DNA of 64,000 nt from an uncultured Alphaproteobacteria bacterium (lineage in GTDB: Bacteria; Pseudomonadota; Alphaproteobacteria; Acetobacterales; Acetobacteraceae). The DNA is taken from assembly GCA_963847615.1 (NCBI GenBank), contig CAWKAN010000013.1, positions 6,264 through 70,263 on the forward strand, read 5' to 3'. The notes under the pieces are model-generated. The model did not search any database and had not been told where the DNA came from. It saw nothing but the letters and a program-made list of their open reading frames with translations. This document shows positions 60,134-64,000 of the stretch, piece after piece; within the stretch, counting starts at the first letter, position 1; the number at the start of each line of letters is the position of its first letter. Position numbers and translations under genes: made by a program.

Positions 60134-60496
60134 CTACCGCCGTTCCGGCTCGCGGCTCAGCCCATTGGCCTGCAGCGCGTCGAGATACGCCAGCCAGCGC
60201 TGCTGCCGCTCGCGGCCGATCTCGTGCAAATACTCCCAGGAGTAGATGCCGGTGTCATGCAGGTCGTCGAACAGCAGCCGCACCGCGTAGTTGCCGACCG
60301 GCTCGATGCCGATGATGCCGACATGGCGCCGGCCAGGGACGATCTGCTTGCCGCCCGGCCCGTGGCCCTGCACCTCGGCGCTGGGACTTTCCACCCGCAG
60401 ATACTCCGCCGGCAGGCTGAACCGGGCGCCGTCGTCGAACACCACCTCCAGCACCTGGGCTTGCTTGTCCAGGCGGATTTCGACCGCGATCGGCAT
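60134..60496 (-). CDS. DUF971 (gamma-butyrobetaine hydroxylase-like N-terminal) domain protein
   Basis: 120 aa. LEVVFDDGARFSLPAEYLRVESPSAEV..., PVGNYAVRLLFDDLHDTGIYSWEYL. Confidence 0.8.
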   Translation of the reverse strand: MPIAVEIRLDKQAQVLEVVFDDGARFSLPAEYLRVESPSAEVQGHGPGGKQIVPGRRHVGIIGIEPVGNYAVRLLFDDLHDTGIYSWEYLHEIGRERQQRWLAYLDALQANGLSREPERR

Positions 60497-60726
60497 CAGT
60501 CCGCCAGCTTGCGGGCTTCGTCGATCAGCATGATGGGGATGCCGTCGCGCACCGGGTACGCCAGGCCCGCCTGGCGGCTGATCAGCTCCCCGGCGGCACG
60601 GTCGTACTCCAGTGGCCCCTTGGTCAGCGGGCAGACCAGGATCTCCAGCAGCCGCGGATCGATTGGCGCCGGGGCCTCCGCCGGCTTGCTTGCATCTTCG
60701 CTCATCGCCGCACCCACCTCGTTCAA
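60496..60726 (-). CDS. Trm112 family (UPF0434) protein
   Basis: [17 protein letters not shown]...[17 protein letters not shown]. The start may be the internal ATG at 60705. Confidence 0.8.
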   Translation of the reverse strand: MNEVGAAMSEDASKPAEAPAPIDPRLLEILVCPLTKGPLEYDRAAGELISRQAGLAYPVRDGIPIMLIDEARKLAD

Positions 60727-60807
60727 CGCCCCACGCTATTCAACGCCCCACCTCGTTCGGCGTCCCACCTGGGCCGGCGCAACGCCCCCTCCACTGCCCC
60801 GCCCGGT

Positions 60808-61473
60808 TCAACTCAAGGCCCGTCCGCCTTGGACATCCGGGCCGACCGAACCCATGCGCAGCAGCGTCAGCAGCAGCGCCGCCTGGTCGGGGATGCTGCG
60901 CGCCTCCAGCAGCGCCTGTTTCTCCGCCGGTTCGAACGGGCAAACCATGGCGAGCGTGATCACCAGGTCGTCGTCGCGCAGCCGCTTGATGGCATCCCAG
61001 TTCGCCTCGACCCCGCGATGGGTGAAGTAGCTGCGTAGCGCCGTCATCAGGGTGTCGCGCGCAACCTCGATCGGCCTGGCCGACAGATCGAGGTCATCGA
61101 GAAACCCCGCCACCTCGCCACGCACCCGGCGGTAGCCGCGCCGCTCCTCCAACTCCGCCACGACGGCGAAGCGGATCACCCCGGTGAGCGAGATCTGATA
61201 GCGCCCGCCCTCGCTCTCGCTGAACGCCGACAACCGCCCCAGGCAGCCGATGCGGAACAGCGCCGGGCCGGTGGGGCCGTCGGGTTGCGTCGCGTCGGGC
61301 TGGATCATGCCGAACATGCGCCCGCCGCCGAGCGAATCCTCGGTCAGCGCCTTGTAGCGCGGCTCGAAGATGTTCAGCGGCAGCTTGCCGCGCGGCAGCA
61401 GCAACGCCCCGGCGAGGGGGAAGACCGGAAATTCGCTCGGCAGGTCTTCGGCGCGTGGATGGAAGGCCGCCAT
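60808..61473 (-). CDS. LON peptidase substrate-binding (Lon N-terminal) domain protein
   Basis: 221 aa from ATG 61473. FPVFPLAGALLLPRGKLPLNIFEPRYKAL. The start overlaps the upstream stop. Confidence 0.85.
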   Translation of the reverse strand: MAAFHPRAEDLPSEFPVFPLAGALLLPRGKLPLNIFEPRYKALTEDSLGGGRMFGMIQPDATQPDGPTGPALFRIGCLGRLSAFSESEGGRYQISLTGVIRFAVVAELEERRGYRRVRGEVAGFLDDLDLSARPIEVARDTLMTALRSYFTHRGVEANWDAIKRLRDDDLVITLAMVCPFEPAEKQALLEARSIPDQAALLLTLLRMGSVGPDVQGGRALS

Positions 61474-62429
61474 CAGGCGAACAGCAGGGCCGACAGCTTG
61501 CGCCTTGCGGCGATGGTCGCGGGATCCTCGAAGCCCCAGGCCTCGAAGAATTTCAGCAGTTGCAGCCGCGCCGCGCCGTCGTTCCAGGTGCGGTTGCGGC
61601 GGAAGATCTCCAGCAGCGCGTCGGCCGCCTGCTCGCGCTGTTCCATGGCGTTCAGCGCGGTGGCCAGGTCGTAGCGCGCCTGGTGGTCGGCCGGATCGGC
61701 CGCCAGCCGCGCCTCCAGCGTCGCGAGCTGCCCCTTGGCCTGGCGCCCCTCCTCGGCCAGCGCCAGCGCGGCGCGGGCGCCGGCGATCTCGGCGTGCTCG
61801 GCCAGCTTCGCCGGCACCTGGGCCAGCGCCTCTTTCGCCTGGTCCTCCTGGCCGAGCGCCATCAGCGCGCGGATCAGCCCGCCCCAGGCGTCGCCGTTCT
61901 CCGGTTCCTGGGCCAGCAGTTCGCTGAAGATCTCGCCGGCGCCCTGGGCGTCGCCCTGCTCGAGCGCGGCCTTGGCCTCGGCCAGCAGGTCGGCCGTCGG
62001 CATCTGCCCGCCGGCGGTCTTCAGCAGCCCCTCGACGAAGCGCTTCACCTCCGATTCGGGCACGGCTCCCTGGAACAGGTCGGCGATCTGGCCCTGCCAG
62101 AACGCCGCCACCGTCGGCACCGACTGCATCGGCAGGCCGAGCTGGGTGAGCTGCTGGACCAGCGGGCGGTTGGCGTCGATGTCGATCTTGACCAGCTTCA
62201 CCCGCCCGCCGGCGGCACGCACCACCTTCTCCAGCGTCGGCGTGAGCTGCTTGCACGGGCCGCACCAGGTGGCCCAGAAATCGACCAGGACCGGGACCGT
62301 GCGCGAGGCCTCGATCACGTCGCGCATGAAGGTCTTCTGGTCGCCGTCGAGGATGGTGCCCGCCGGCAGGCCGGCGGGTTCCGCCGCCCCGGCGCCGGGG
62401 GCAGCGTCTTGGCCGATGATCACGTTCAT
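61473..62429 (-). CDS. thioredoxin domain plus TPR co-chaperone (YbbN-like)
   Basis: ATG 62429. VLVDFWATWCGPCKQL, followed by a TPR-like helical C-terminus. Confidence 0.85.
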   Translation of the reverse strand: MNVIIGQDAAPGAGAAEPAGLPAGTILDGDQKTFMRDVIEASRTVPVLVDFWATWCGPCKQLTPTLEKVVRAAGGRVKLVKIDIDANRPLVQQLTQLGLPMQSVPTVAAFWQGQIADLFQGAVPESEVKRFVEGLLKTAGGQMPTADLLAEAKAALEQGDAQGAGEIFSELLAQEPENGDAWGGLIRALMALGQEDQAKEALAQVPAKLAEHAEIAGARAALALAEEGRQAKGQLATLEARLAADPADHQARYDLATALNAMEQREQAADALLEIFRRNRTWNDGAARLQLLKFFEAWGFEDPATIAARRKLSALLFA

Positions 62430-62562
62430 GGGGGCAAGCTTCCTGGCAGTCGCATTGAACGCATAGATGTTACCTCCGCGGCACTTGGCAAGCGCCGGGA
62501 TGGCGACGCGCCGGACCATGCCGCCAGGTGGCGCCCGCGTCCAGCCCGCGCGGGGAGGCGGG

Positions 62563-62855
62563 GAGCGAAAGCAAGGCGGGGCTTCGCCCCGGACCCCACC
62601 AAGGGGCGCTGCCCCTTGGAACCCCGCCAAGGGCGGAGCCCTTGGAACCCCGGACCGGGAGTGTGGGGAGCGGAGGGGGGCGTGCGGGCATGGCGTCAGG
62701 GCGCCCGTCGTGACGGGCGCCCTGACGCCATGCCCGCACGCCCCCCTCCGCTCCCCACACTCCCGGTCATGGAGTCCAGAGGCCGCTGCCTCTGGTGGGG
62801 GTCCAGGGGGCAAAGCCCCCTGGCGGGGTTCGGGGCGGAGCCCCGCCTTGCTTTC
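62563..62855. repeat. REP family A palindromic element
   Basis: Same family as 5038-5369. Lies between the thioredoxin gene and tRNA-Gly. Confidence 0.85.
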
Positions 62856-62943
62856 AACCCCCTGAGCGCAGCGCGCCCTGTTGCCAAGCGGCGGGAAGCC
62901 GCCTAGAAACCGCGCCCTGCTCCTTCCGAGGAGTGCACGGAGC

Positions 62944-63018
62944 GCGGGCGTAGCTCAGGGGTAGAGCACAACCTTGCCAAGGTTGGGGTCGAGGGTTCGA
63001 ATCCCTTCGCCCGCTCCA
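62944..63018 (+). tRNA. tRNA-Gly (anticodon GCC)
   Basis: GCGGGCG acceptor stem pairing with CGCCCGC, anticodon loop CTTGCCAAG, TPsiC arm GGTTCGAATCC, encoded CCA. Confidence 0.9.
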
Positions 63019-63044
63019 GTTTTCTTCAGGAAAATGAAGTGGTT

Positions 63045-63070
63045 AAAACGGTCCTTCGGGGCCGTTTTTT
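63045..63070 (+). terminator. Rho-independent terminator after tRNA-Gly
   Basis: ACGGTCC-TTCG-GGGCCGT stem-loop followed by TTTTTT. Confidence 0.75.
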
Positions 63071-63329
63071 GCTTCCCCGCCCCACACGCGAAAGCTGGGG
63101 AAGCAGGGGGGAAGCAGCAGAAAGCGAAAAGCGGCGGGCTACCGGCTGTCGCCGGCATGGGGGGCATCCCAAAGCCACGGTTTGCCGCCTGCGCGACAGG
63201 CGGCAATGGGGGATGTGGCGCCACACCGCGAAGGCTAGACTTGGACGCCATCGTGCTTCCCCGGACGCCGAAGCGAGGGCCCATTTTGCTTCCCCGGCGC
63301 TTCCCCGGTAGGCGACGCGAATGCGAAAC

Positions 63330-63853
63330 TCATCGTTCAGCCCTCCCGCCTGCGAGGCGCATCGGCAGCACAAGCCGCAGCGAGTCGGGTAAGCGCACGA
63401 ACCCATGCGCCGCGTAGAAACCGCCGCCGGCTCGTCGAGCGCATCGACGACCACCATCGAGGATCCAACCGTGCTGGCGCTCTCGAACGCCCGCTGCAAC
63501 GCATCGGCGAGAAGAACCGCGCCCAGACGCTGTCCCTGGTGCTCCTTTGCGACGGCCAGCCGACCGATCAAGGTGGCGCTCACCAGCGGATAGCGCGGGA
63601 TGTGCTTGCGGGCTGCCTCCGGCACGTCGCCTTGGGAGACCGCCATCGCGCAAAGGGTATAGTAGCCCAAGATGCGGGCCGGCTCGCCGACCTCGCTCAG
63701 GACGAACACGGCATTCGCCTTCCGGCGGACATCCTGGCCGGCCTGGGTCTTGAGATAGCGATCCAGGCTCTCCACGCCACAGGTGAAGCTGCCCCGATCG
63801 TGCTGCTCGTCGAGTAGCACGATCCGAAGATCCCCGGATGGCTGCTTCGCCAT
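63330..63853 (-). pseudogene. GNAT family acetyltransferase toxin (TacT/KacT-like), frameshift near 63425-63440
   Basis: FTCGVESLDRYLK..., LIGRLAVAKEHQGQRLGAVLLADAL in track ORF 63026-63853. The C-terminus GFYAAHGFVRLPDSLRLVLPM is in the frame of ORF 63330-63857. Confidence 0.65.
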
Positions 63854-64000
63854 TCACCGGACAACCCGGCGCTTGTGCTCCGCGAACGCGCGCTGCAACC
63901 GTTCGCTCGGAGCCGGTGGATTGACCAGGACGTCGAAGAAAACGGCGCGGTCCCGGTCAGACAGGACGAGCGTCTCATGCTCCGCAATCGTCCGCCGGGC
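63854..64000 (-). CDS. DUF1778 (TacA-like) antitoxin, partial (5' end outside window)
   Basis: The minus strand reads ..RTIAEHETLVLSDRDRAVFFDVLVNPPAPSERLQRAFAEHKRRV-stop. The stop abuts the GNAT ATG (TGAATG). Confidence 0.7.
   Translation of the reverse strand, partial: ARRTIAEHETLVLSDRDRAVFFDVLVNPPAPSERLQRAFAEHKRRVVR

Overview
High-GC (roughly 68-70% by eye) alphaproteobacterial-type chromosomal segment. It looks Rhodospirillales/Acetobacteraceae-like; that is an inference from the IS1380-type IS, the REP families and the gene content. Housekeeping genes present: a cobB-like sir2, trpG-trpD, secG-tpiA, secD-secF, argD-argF, glyS, ppdK and tRNA-Gly(GCC). They are interleaved with a heavy accessory load. 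(1) About 8 complete toxin-antitoxin pairs plus several orphan or decayed modules: HigBA, BrnTA, HicAB, MazF-type, MqsRA, two VapBC, GNAT/TacA, and orphan MntA and DUF433. (2) A low-GC island (about 13.6-18.8 kb) carries a decayed SIR2-HerA type anti-phage module, split by a defective IS1380-family IS with CTAG target duplication. (3) A 2.1-kb IS1595-like transposon with 23-bp perfect terminal inverted repeats carries two unknown passenger ORFs and sits at the apex of a large REP palindrome. (4) A roughly 1.9-kb hierarchical tandem-repeat array (20.39-22.25 kb) has 14 same-orientation copies of CCCCATGCAAC and no credible gene. (5) At least four interspersed palindromic repeat families are present, including a MITE family with CAGGGCAAT termini and 10-bp target-site duplications. 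Several genes carry frame disruptions (secF, ppdK, a hybrid histidine kinase, a BVMO-type monooxygenase, SIR2, HerA, both transposases, the GNAT toxin, hicA). Some look like real lesions (an 11-bp tandem duplication, nonsense codons, the IS insertion). Others lie in G/C-rich runs and could be assembly indels. All calls come from manual translation and motif recognition only. No database search was run, and the frameshift coordinates are approximate.
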